Below are positions 23,726 through 35,361 of a stretch of 64,000 bases of DNA, one piece after another. The stretch is taken from contig JAVKOQ020000010.1 in NCBI GenBank assembly GCA_031835245.2, forward strand, positions 372,001 through 436,000. The letters are read 5' to 3'. A program made the position numbers and the translations under genes. The notes beneath the pieces are model-generated. The model was not told the DNA's origin. It searched no databases and worked only from the letters and a program-made list of their open reading frames with translations. This stretch comes from Balamuthia mandrillaris (Eukaryota). The stretch's first letter is position 1. Every line of letters starts with the position of its first letter.

Positions 23726-23858
23726 CCTTCTCCTCCTTCTCCTTCTCCTCCTTCTCCTTCTCCTTCTCCTTCTCCTTCTCCTTCTCCTTCTCCTTCTCCT
23801 TCTCCTTCTCCTTCTCCTTCTCCTTCTCCTTCTCCTTCTCCTTCTCCTTCTTCTCCTT
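23726..23858. repeat. (CCTTCT)n microsatellite
   Basis: Direct reading of the hexamer array. Confidence 0.95.
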
Positions 23859-23881
23859 GTTCCTTTGTCTTACCTGTGGTG

Positions 23882-26351
23882 ATGGACAACTCAAAGGAGC
23901 AACAACAAGACATTCGGTTGTCAATCGAGTTTGCCATTCTTGTGAAGGCTCATCCGGAACTAACAAAAGCATGGGAGGACAAGGAAACTATCTGTCTTAC
24001 CTTACAACCTACACAATCAGCTCCCGTGAAGTCTCAAAGCTATAGGTACATGCTTTTCGTTCTGTATTTTGTTGTCTTTGTTATAGGAATTGAAAATGTG
24101 TTTGATGCAGAGGGACATCTTCTGGGTCCGGTATAGTCAGTAAAACCGTGGAAAAGTATTCACAAATAACCCAAGGACCTAACGCCATCACCAAACAACC
24201 TTTTTCCTCCTCTTTGACGTCTCCTCCATTGTCTTCCTCTTCTGTCTCTTCTTCTGCTGACACAGACTGTGATGACGACGTAGACATTGATGAAGAGACA
24301 GAGATGTATCTGGAACTAGCACCACCAGCAACTGCTACAATTACCACACGGCCTCGTTCTCCTTCTCTGCCTCGCACTGGCTCGCATAGCACATCTGTAC
24401 CAGAATTGCCTCTCTCTGCCCGTTTTGCAACCCGCTCGGTTTCTGCTTCCCCAGCTTCTTCGGCTTCCTCTGTCTCCGCTTCTTCCGCCTCTTCTGCTTC
24501 AACGACTATACTTTCCTCTTCAGTCGCTACTGAAAACTGGGCATCCAACAGAAGGAGAAGACCGATAGCTGCTGTTCCGGCCCTGAACTTTATGTGGCAC
24601 AAGACTCAACCATCGACTGCCAGCGTTCATCAGGATGGCAGCGTTACAGCCAGAGAAGATAGAAGCTCCTCCTCCATGACTAACTCTTCAGGAGGAAAGG
24701 GAGGAGGCAGAATACGAAGAATAGCGAAAGGGAAAGTCATCATGTCACAAGGGGGTGAGAGCCACCATCGCAGTGACGACGATGAAGACCAAAACAACGA
24801 CCATGAGCAGGCAGGAGAAGAACAACACCGGAAATCATTTAAAAAGGATCCTGGCAGTAAGACCCACTCACACAGTCGTGACCGTGAAAGCGGTTCTCTT
24901 ATTGGTCTTCGTTCCTCTCCATCACCTTCCGAACGAGACTCGGTCAATATTCGTGCTTCTGCTCCAAATTTACCAGCCCTTTGGATACCTCCCTCTATCT
25001 CCTCCTCCTCATCCACCTCTTCATCTTCGTCATCTGCTCAACAAACATCACCTGCTCAACATCGACGCTCCAATTCCGTGGAAGAGAAGCACAGGTTAAG
25101 CGCTTTGTTGAGCCCTAGAAGAATGGGCAGCGAGCATCGAACTGCCTCCACGACTTCTCCTCCTTCCTCCCCCTCTGCTTCCTCATCTTCTTCTCTTTCC
25201 TTATCCTCCATTACATCCTCATCGCCATTGAGTTCTGGAACGCAGATCGTGACGAGGATGAGAAGCTCGCCGTTGACGGAGAAGCGGAATGTCAGCATTA
25301 CGCGAAGGCCCAGCAGTGGCAACTTGAGCAAGACTTATTATTCCATTTTGCCCTGCCCTGTACGTTGTCTCCACATTTTCTTGCATCGCTTCGTTTGTTA
25401 TTGCTTTGTTGTGTTTCCTCTGTTCTCTTTTAGTTCTTACTTGTTCTGTTCGTGTGGACAACAACGTAAGGGTTATATACTGGAGTCATCCATTTGGGGT
25501 CCAACCGGCAAAGCTGAGGTCATCTTGAGAGACTACGACGGCCATGGCTCTCCTCGCCAAACTAGGCTGAAAAAAGAGCAGTTGGAGCCTTATGCCGCCA
25601 CCAACTTGCAGCTGGAAGGATTGGAGAATGAAGCCTGCAACTACAACGACTATTTCTTTGCAAAACGTACTCCCTTTGTTTTGCTTTATTTTAGTTGATT
25701 TCTGTTTTATGCCTAACGTTTGGTTGCAACGAGCAGCTCATCGAAACTACATTGGCGAGCATCCAACCAAAGGGCCGCTCATTCTGACCATATTGACGGA
25801 GCCCGAGGAAGAAGAGATTCGCAGCTCCGGTTCCTTGAGGTTTAATCCTGCAAACACTCCAAGAACCTTCCGATGTAGGGTGCTTGTTTGGAGCAAACTG
25901 GTAAGTAAAAGTGGCTTTCCTTTGGTCTTAGTGGTTTCTATCTTCTTTTAACGAAACAACAAAGGGAGAAGAATATTTCTTTGTGAACATCAAGCGAAAT
26001 AAAATACGACCAGCTGGTTTTCCTGTTGGGAACGCTCAGAGTTTGTTGGTCTGCAAAAGGGTGCTCAAGGTAATGAGGACAATGAAACCTTGGCTCAACG
26101 AGGTTCAAAACCTTCGTCATCTCAAAGGTGGACTTTCTCCTATCCCTCTATCCTCTCCTCTCCCCCCTCTTTACCTAATACTTGTATACTCTGTTGTTCG
26201 TTCCATTGCACGCAGGAGCTACAAACGAAGCAGTGAATCAAGACTTGTTGGAGATGGAACTGCGACAGGTGGTTTGTAACTATAAGTTTGGCATACTATA
26301 TGCCAAAGAAGGTCAAGTGCGCGAAGAAGATATGTTCTCAAATGGTTTGTA

Positions 26352-26389
<38 letters not shown>

Positions 26390-27356
26390 CCTATTCTCTC
26401 CTCTTGTTACCGTCTCTTTGGGAATATAGTAACCAACAAGTAAAATAATAGTGGAGGAAAGCGACGCGTTCATGGAGTTTTTGTCCTTCCTGGGAGACAA
26501 GATAGTCCTAAAGGGCTGGACAGAATACAGAGGCGGTTTGAACGTCAAAGACAACAGCACTGGAACGCATTCGATCTACACCGTCTGGAAGGACTTTCAG
26601 GTAATGTTTCACGTCTCAACCTACCTTCCTTTCTCGGCCACCGAGCGTCAGCAGTTAGAGAGGAAGAGGCATCTGGGCAACGATATCGTCATCATCGTAT
26701 TTTATGAAGGAAAGACGCCTTACTCTCCCGATACTATTGCGTCTGAGTTCAATCGTACGTTGCTCTCCTCTTCTTTCTGTTGTGCTCGTTTGCTCATGGT
26801 GAAACATTATCGTTATCTCTTTTGGAACTTCCCTACCTATCCGGGCAGACGTTTTTGTGGTCATTCGTCCGTCCTTCTCCTTGAAGGGAGAACGCACATA
26901 CAGGTACAATTATTCTTATTGCTTTTTTTTTATCATTTTGCCTTGTCTATTTTGGATGAGAATATATCGTATCTGAGGAGAGAGAGAAACGATAAAGAAA
27001 AAGAGGGACGACTTGGTATCATATCTTCTGCTTAGTTCTAATGCTTTGTGCAAACATAGTATCGATGTAGTATACAAAGAAGGTGTCAAGCCATTCCGGC
27101 CGTTGCTTCCGGACTATCCTCTCACCAAATCCGCTGAACTCCGAGACTTGATTCTCGCCAAACGTTCGTGTTTCTCTCTTCTTTTTTTTTGTGTTCCACC
27201 TGGGCATTCTGTAATCTTTTCTCTCTCTCTCTCTCTCTCTCTCCAGTGATAAACGGAGAACGAGCGTCATACCAAGCAGCAGCGTTTGCCTCCAAAATAC
27301 GAAGAACAAGACAACTGCTTATCGATGAGCTGGGCAAGAAGTATCCTAAAAAATGA
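23882..27356 (+). CDS. Rap/Ran-GAP domain protein with a long Ser-rich N-terminus (start uncertain)
   Basis: YKFGILYAKEGQ, FLSFLGDKIVLKGW..YRGGL, MFHVSTYLP, QQLERKRHLGNDIV (Asn-thumb motif), INGERA; TGA ending at 27356. Confidence 0.9.
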
Positions 27357-27806
27357 ACATCACCACAAGCAGCACTTTATAGGTGAAAGCGCGCTTAAAC
27401 ACTGAAAATGAAAGTCATCGTTTTTGCATTGGGGCCTCAGGCCAGAAGATGGTTACCCAGAGAGGAGAGGTTCAGAGAGGAAGGGTGAAGCCAAGAGCTA
27501 ATAAGAGTTTCGACAAACCCCAACCTACATTCTGCATTTATGTGTGTCGTTTGAGACCTGGCGAGGCTGCTAAAGCAAGAACACGCCCTAGTTATGATGA
27601 GGCTGCAGCCAGTGAGTGTCCCTGCGGGTTAGAGAAGCAGAAGAGAAACAAGAACGCAAACAGGACCCAACGGCAGGTCCCTCTTTCTTTTGCCAGCCTC
27701 CCATCGCTCACTCCATAAGGCTTCACCGTGCCAAAGGTGTCGACAAGAGGCGCAGCTGATCTACGAAACAAAAACAACAAAGTCGCACACACCGAAGCTT
27801 GGGAGC

Positions 27807-28482
27807 ATGAGCGCTGGTGGGGAGGGTAGCGGCAAGCCAAACTCGCTGTGGGCCACAGCGCTGCTCGCTGGTGGAGCCACCGTTGCCGTTGCCGCTGCTG
27901 CTTGGGCTGCCTCCACTTACCTCCGCCCAAATAACTCTACTCCATCTTCCTCTGCTGCTGCTGCTTCTGCTTCTGCCGCACCAACGAAAGGCTTTGCGGC
28001 AGTCCCAATAGAAGACGAACTCTCCAGAGCCGATTGCGTGGTGACCCAAGTGAACATCTACCCCATCAAATCCTGCAAGGGCGTTTCCCTGCAGGAGAGA
28101 GAGTTTGATGCGTTTGGCTTTGAGTACGATAGGCACTGGCTGCTCGCCACGCAAAGAGCGAACGGACAGTGGGCCATGACCTCCCAGAGGCAAAACCCTC
28201 GCTTGGCCTTGGTGGTGCCCTCCTTCACTGAGACGCACCTCCAGGTGGAAGCTCCTGGCAAAGACCCTTTGGAAGTGCGTCATTCTTTTCTCTTGTTTTT
28301 CTTCTTGTACTACTTCTTGTTCTTGTTCTTGTTCTTGTTCTTGTTCTTGTTCTTGTTCTTGTTCTTGTTCTTCTTCTTGTTCTTCTTCTTCTTCTTCTTC
28401 TTCTTCTTCTTCTTCTTCTTCTTCTTCTTCTTCTTCTTCTTCTTCTTCTTCTTCTTCTTCTTCTTCTTCTTCTTCTTCTTTG

Positions 28483-28518
<36 letters not shown>

Positions 28519-29338
28519 CTTTCTCTTCTTCTCTTCCCCTCCTCCTCTCATGCTGCTTCTTCAAAATAAACAGATACCCCTAAGCAGAGAAGATGAAGAC
28601 CTGAAACAACGACAGGAAGTGCGCGTCTGGGGAGGGGTCTACCCTGCTATCGATGAGGGGGATGAAGCCGCCGCTTGGTTCAGCGACTATCTCAACCTCG
28701 GCAACGAGGATGGGTCACTGACGGAAGTGCGCCTCTTCCGCATGCCTCAGGATCATGCCCGCCTGGTGGAAGAGGAATACCGCGTGGAGGGCGCCTGCAA
28801 CACGGCCTCCTTTGCGGATGGCTATCCCTTTCTCCTCATCTCTGAAGCCTCTTTGGAAGAGCTCAACTTTCGCATTCGCCAGCAGCAACAACAAAATGAA
28901 GGGATAGAAGGCGAAGAAGGAGAAGTAGTCTTGCCAATGTGGAGGTTTAGACCGAACATTGTGGTGAGAACGGTAGGAGAGAGGCAGAAGCCGTTTGTGG
29001 AGGACGAGTGGTTCAAGATACAAATCGGAGAGGACGAGACCGAAGCGGACGATGGCGAAGTCTTTTACGTGGTGAAGGCCTGCACGCGTTGCAAGCTCAC
29101 GACGGTGGACCACGAGAGAGGAGAGTTTGCTGGCCCAGAGCCGTTGCAAACCTTGGGGACTTTCCGACTGGATCAACAGAAGCAACCCATGTTTGGCCAG
29201 AACTTGCTGCAAAAGAACCGACGTGGGCGCGTTCGTGTGGGCGATCGCGTGCAGGTCTTGGAGTTGAAGACCGATAGAAGGAAGAAGGAAAAGGAAGAAG
29301 AAGAGGAGACCGACGTGACGTCAGCATCGTCCTCTTAA
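27807..29338 (+). CDS. MOSC-domain molybdoprotein, mARC-like, with N-terminal membrane anchor; 2 exons
   Basis: Hydrophobic N-terminus; IYPIKSCKG and YDRHW (MOSC_N); FADGYPFLL, RFRPNIVV, CTRC, FGQNL; intron 28276-28573. Confidence 0.92.
28313..28516. repeat. Compound intronic microsatellite (TTCTTG)n-(TTC)n-(TC)n
   Basis: Direct reading. Confidence 0.95.
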
Positions 29339-29576
29339 TTGTGTCGACAACTTGGAAGAGCTCAAGTGATGCTCGAGTTGTGCAGGAAAAAACGAGGGTA
29401 TGTTACCATGGCAACCATTTAATTAATTTAACTTTTATTGTTTTCCGATTGGACGACTAATATACTGCATAGTTCGGGTCAATAAGGGGGAAGAAGGCAC
29501 CATTCCCGTCAAAATCTTCCTTCTTTTTATTTTTTAACCCTCTTCCCACTCTGCGGGAGTAGCTGGAATAAGAAAG

Positions 29577-32500
29577 ATGAACAAAACACAAAAGAAAGAA
29601 GAGGAGAAAAAGAGAAAGGAAGAAGCCAAGAAGAAGAAAGAGGAGGAGAAGCGAAAGAAGAAGGAGGAGGCCAAAAAGAAAAAGCAAGAGGCCAAAGAGA
29701 AAAAGCTCGCCAGCAAGAAAGGCGGCAAAACAGCTGCTCCGGCAGCTGCCTCCTCCGCTACTCCCAAAAAAGATGCCACCTCTTCTGCCAAAACTTCCTC
29801 CAAAGACAACACACCATCGAGTTCTGGGACGGTGAAGACCTCCGAAAAGAGAAAGTCTGGTGCGGCCGCTTCTTCCTCTGCCTCCCAGACCGATTCGCCC
29901 TCCGCCAGCCCCACCTTGAAAAGAAAGACTCCTAAAAAAACACAAAGAGATAGCAGTCGTCTCAGGTTTGTATTTCTTTTCTCTTTCTTTCTCCTTTGTC
30001 TTTCTTCCTTTTTCTTTTGTGGTGTCTTATTTTGTTTGCTTTCTCTTTTTTTTTTCCTTACAAAACAGTACCTCCAAACTTGCAACGCCAACAACTCCGG
30101 AGGACTTTATAAGAGGTCTTCAAAGCGGAGACGTGTTGGACACCGTTTCCAGGTTGAGAGCACATTTGGAGGGCAACCCTGGGGATGATAGATGGATCGC
30201 TCGTTTTGTCAGCGCCAAAGGAATTGGCGTTCTTCTTTCTGTCGTTCAGGTTTAAACTTTGTCTCTCACTCTCTCTCTTTCTATTCTCGTATTCGTTCTT
30301 CCCTTTTCTACGTACATTCACTCTTGTGCTCTTTTTATCATTGTTGTATTCTTCTCTCTCTCTCTCTCTCTCTCTCTCGCTCATGTGAACTCTTCTTCTT
30401 TTTTGTTCTAGTGCATCATCATTTACCGAATGTACTTAAAAAAACAAACAAACAGGAAAAGAACAGAAAAGCAAGACAGAACGCAACTGACATTTCCATC
30501 TTGGCTGAAATTATCAAAGTGTTGGAACAAATAGCGGCTGTGCCGAGAGGTCTAAAAGCCATCTTAAAGCCCGATATTCTGAAGGACGTTGTGGTCAGCC
30601 TGATGGTGGAAGATGTCCCATTGAGGGGAAACATTCTTCATCTTCTCTCTGTCTTTTGTTTGATCGATCAGGAAAGTGGAGTGGAGCTCATTCTGAACGC
30701 ATTTACATGGTTGCAGCAGCAACGAAAAGGTACCTCCTGTTTCTATCCTCATCGTCTTTCCTTCCTACTTATTGTTTGAATAACATTTCTTTATGTTCAA
30801 TATAATGTAAAGAGCGACAACGTTTTGAGAAAGAGGTGGAAAGCCTCCGCAAAGAAGACAACGTGGATTATCTCATCAGCACCATGTCGTTCATCAACGC
30901 AGTCGTCAACACTCCTGAGCTCCTCGAACAACGTATCGGCTTGCGCAACGAGTTGAAGCAATCCGAGTTTGATGAGGTTTTAGAACAGCTCTCTCAAACG
31001 TGGGCCACTCATTCGGAGACATTGAAGACACTGATCGATGTTTATCTTGAAGAGATGGAAGCTGATGACGAAGAATTGAAGAATGCAGCTGGAGAAAGGT
31101 ACTTTTTTGAGACGAAAAGCGAATGAATGAGAGTGGGAACCAAAGCGAAGAGCAAAGAATATGGGAAATGGCTAACAGTGTTTTTTACTATAGAATTGGC
31201 GGCGTTTTGGCTGAGAACGTGGATGGAATTTACCAAGTGTTGAAGAAAGAGGCCAAAGGCTCTACCTACTACCACAGCTTTGTTGCCGTATTTCAAAACA
31301 TAGCGAAACTGGCCACCACCTTATCTCCTCCGTGCGTTTTCTTTTTTTCTTTCTTGTTTCCATGTGTTGTTATTGAAAGGTTTGCGTTTTCACATGTTAA
31401 TGCACGTTTTTTGTCTTTGATGGTATACAGTGGAGATGTTTGGGAGAGTCTTCATTCCTTGCTGCAAGAATACTCCCAGATGGTGAACACCTCCGGATTG
31501 GACTCCCAATTCAAAGTCATCACATCGACCACCATTGAAGAGCTCAACGAGCTGAATCAAAGCAAAGTGGCGAGTCTCACCAAGCGTTTACAGGAGTTGC
31601 AGGAAGTGGTGGAGCGCCTCGAGAAGGAGAATGAAGAGTTCAAGGCGTCCGCAAAGAAGGAGGAGAAGGACAAGTTCAAGAAATTGTTGAACGAAGGAAT
31701 GACTTCATCTTCTTCAAAGATCGTCGTTGTGAAGAAGAAGGACAAAGAGGAAGCAGTAACCGAAGACAAGAAAGATAAAGAAGAGGAGAAAGATACCAAA
31801 CAGGAAGGCGAATCGGAAAAGCAAGATGATGAAAAGGAAAATAAACAAGAAGAACCGGAAAAGAAAGATGAAGAAAACAAAGATGATGAGAAAAAAGAAA
31901 CAGACGCTACATCCTTGCTGGCAGTTCCAAAGGAAGACAGCAACGAGGACGCGGCAAAGCAGAAAGAAAAAGAAGGTGAAGCTGCAGAAGAAACCAAAAG
32001 ACTTCAGGCAGAACACGAGGCTGCCATTGCAGCTGCCCGCGAGGAAGCCGAAATGAACAAAAAGGAACGAGAACAATTGTTGCTCAAAGAGAAGCAGCTT
32101 CAAGAAAAGTTGGCTCAAGCCGAAGCCATCGCGCAAGAGAGCCGACAGAAAGCATCCGCTGCTGAAGCAAAGATCATCGACGCCGAGAAACGCTTCTCCG
32201 ACCTTCAAAAGAAACTCGAGGAAGCCGAATTCAAGTTTAAACAACTCGAGAATGCGGCATCCTCCTCTTCCTCTGATGCCCCTCCACCTCCGCCAGGAGG
32301 CGCTCCTCCTCCACCACCAGGCGGCGCTCCTCCACCTCCCCCAGGCGGTGCTCCCCCGCCGCCACCAGGAGGCGCTCCTCCTCCACCACCAGGAGGCGCT
32401 CCCCCACCACCCCCAGGCGGCGCTCCCCCACCACCGCCAGGAGGTGCCCCTCCTCCACCTCCTGGAGCTGGTCCACCCCCACCTCCAGGAGGAGGTGGCC

Positions 32501-34818
32501 CTCCTCCTCCACCAGGAGCTGGCCCTCCTCCTCCACCAGGAGCAGGCGGTCCTCCACCTCCTCCTGGACTTGGAGGCGGACCTCCGGGTCCTCCAGGCCC
32601 ACCAGGAGCACCAGTAGGAAGCGGCTTGCCTCCTAAACCGGTGTTGAAGCCTTCGCAAAAGATGAAGCAGTTCGCGTGGGCCAAGATACCGGAAGGCAAA
32701 GTGTTGCAGTCATTCTGGAAGGAAGTGGACGACCAGAACGTGGCTAACGAGTTGGACTTTAAGCAACTGGAAGATCTGTTCGCAGCCAAAGTGGCCCCTC
32801 CTCCATCCGCAGGAGGTGCAGGGGACAAGGACAAAGAGAAGGAAAAGAAGGCGCAAGTAGCCGTCACTTTGTTGGACGCCAAAACAGCCAACAACGGAGC
32901 CATCATGTTGTCTCGCTTCAAGGTAGGCTATCCTCAGATCGCTCAAGCCATCTTGGAGCTGGACGAGCGCATCATCTCTGTGGAGGCGGCTGGTAGCATG
33001 GGCGAGTACGTCCCCACTGCGGAGGAGATAGAGCTCATCACTGGCTTCCCTGAGGAGAAGACAAAGTTGGGAAAGATGGAACAGTATTACTGGGAGATAA
33101 AGGACATCCCCCGCTTGAAGCCTCGTCTCAATGCTTTCAAGTTCAAGCTCCAGTTTGAAGATCTCATTCAGGATTTGAAGCCAGTACGATGCCTCTCTCT
33201 CTCTCTCTCTCTCTCTCTTGCTCTCCCTCCCTTTCGTTTGGTTTGCTTTTGGACTCTTTATCATTCTTGTCTCTCTCTCTCTCTCTCATCTCACAAAAGG
33301 ATGTTGAAGCCGTCATTCTGGCCATCAAAGAAGTCCAAAAGAGCCCAAAGCTGAAAAAGATCTTAGAAATAGTTCTTGCTGTTGGTAACTTTCTTAATGG
33401 AGGTACATTCCGAGGTCAAGCCTACGGTTTCAAACTAGACGCTCTCAACAAGCTTCGCGATACTAAGGTTCCTCTTTTTTGCTCTCTCTCACACTTTTCG
33501 TTTGTTCCTGATCTTTCTTCATTGCGTAATGCAGTCAGGTGACAATCAAACCACGTTGTTGCATTACATTGCCGAGTTGGTGGAACAAAAGTTCCCTGAT
33601 GCCCTCGACTTCCCTCGTGAGTTGAAGCATCTTGGCAGAGCCTCCAGAGGTAAACTCTCAGAAGCACAACTAGAAGACAAAGAATAGGCAGAAGAAGAAG
33701 AAGAAGAAGCAGTGAAGAAGAAGAAGAAGAAGAAGAAGAAGAAGAAGAAGAAGAAGAAGAAGAAGAAGAAGAAGAAGAAGAAGAAGAAGAACAAGAACAA
33801 GAACAAGAAGAAAGAAGAAGAAAGACACAAATACCAGAGCAACAAGAATTACACAAAAACTGACAAACTACATCAACAACACAAAACAGTGGTACTGTCA
33901 GCAGCACAGGCAACAATGGCGCAGCTGGTTAATGGCCTCAAAACGGTGGAAAGCGAAATCGAGATGGCCTCTGACGATAATCCCAAGGATCTATTCAAGA
34001 GCAAGATGACTGCCTTTCTCGACAAGAACCGCCCTAGAGTGCAAGAGCTGGACGACAGCATGAAAGCTCTGGAGGAGGACTTCAAGGGATTGGTGACCGC
34101 TTTCCACGAGCCGCCTTCCTCCACCCCCGATCAGTTCTTTGGCACACTGTCCAGCTTCATTACTGCTTTCGAGAAAGCCCACTCCGAAAACACCAGAAAG
34201 CGAGAGAAAGCAGCCGCCGATGCCAAACGAAATGCCGCTGGTGCTGCTGGCCGTGGAGGCAGAGGTGGTGGAGGAGCCGCAGGCAGAGGAGGAAGAGGAG
34301 GCATGATGGGCGCGGGAGGACCGATGGGAGGTCCCCCTGCCATGGGAGATATTGTGGGGCAACTGAAAGCAGGAGCGTTCTTTAGGAACAGGAGAGAGCA
34401 GATAAAGCAAAACAAAGGAAGCTCTATCATTGCCCCTGGTGCAGGGTCCAGCCCGGCTGCCGCAGGAAACGAAAGCGGAGCCGCTGGAAGAGGAGGCAGA
34501 GGAGGCATGTTTGGAGGAAGAGGAGGCAGGGGAGGAGCATTTGGAGGAGGAAGAGGAGGTGCGATCGGAGGTAACGTTGGAGCAAAACCAGAGAATAAGG
34601 AAAAGGAAAAAGAGGAAGAAGAAAAGAAAGTGGAAGAGGAAGAAAAGAAAGAGGAAGAAGAAAAGAAGAAAGAAGATAAGGAAGATAAAGAAGGCGATGA
34701 GGAGGAGGATGATGACTCTTCCTCTGACTCTGAAGAGTCTTCCTCCGAATCTTCAGAGTCTTCCAGTTCTGATGAAGAAGAGGACGAAGAGGACAAAGCC
34801 ACCACCAAGGAAGAATAA
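29577..34818 (+). CDS. Second diaphanous-related formin (GBD/FH3, coiled coil, FH1, FH2, DAD-like, RGG and acidic tail)
   Basis: WIARFVSAKGI; MSFINAVVN; tandem GGAPPPPP; KMKQFAWAKI; LAVGNFLNGG..AYGFKLDAL; TTLLHYI; MGDIVGQLKAGAFF; TAA ending at 34818. Confidence 0.95.
32278..32565 (+). repeat. FH1 coding tandem repeat, 24-nt unit encoding GGAPPPPP and variants
   Basis: About seven GGAPPPPP units followed by GxGPPPPP variants, with synonymous divergence between units. Confidence 0.9.
33690..33822. repeat. Intronic (GAA)n/(GAACAA)n microsatellite
   Basis: Direct reading; lies inside the formin intron ~33650-33889. Confidence 0.95.
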
Positions 34819-35361
34819 CAAAAAAACAAAAACAAAAACAGTTTTCCTCGCACAAAGGTAATTAATTTCCCAATTGTTTCCAGGAAAATTTTAGCAAGGG
34901 TTATCGATAAATCCAAAATTATTATTATTTTCTCCTTTTTTATGATGATTTTGTCGACAAAAAGTCCTTTTATGGGTATGGAAAGGAAAAAATATCGATT
35001 TGTGGATCATCTTTCTGTGTATTTTCAACCCCCAAAACAAAAACAAGCGGGCAAAAGGAGGAGAAAATAAAAATGAACGTGCCTCGCTCCCCACCGCACT
35101 GTCATGCCCACCTTTTTCTTTCTTTCGTTCCTCCTCCTCTCTACTCTTTTTTTAACTTTTCTCTTTGCCGTACGCCGCCCTCTTCTCTTGTTCGTTCAAG
35201 GGGTAACAGGAGACACCACCGCGAAGAACAACGCGAACGCACGAGAGAGGGAGAGTGCAAGAAAATCGAAAGAAAAGAAGTAGCAAACTTGAAAAGAGAG
35301 AGAAGAGACATACATAGAGAGAGAAAGAGAGAGAGAAGAGAGAGAGAGAACGTGAACACAA

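Noticed and set aside
5173..34818. Functional cytoskeleton gene cluster (two formins, ABP34, RapGAP, GTPases)
   Set aside because: These families are large in amoebae, the two formins are highly diverged, and unrelated genes are interspersed.
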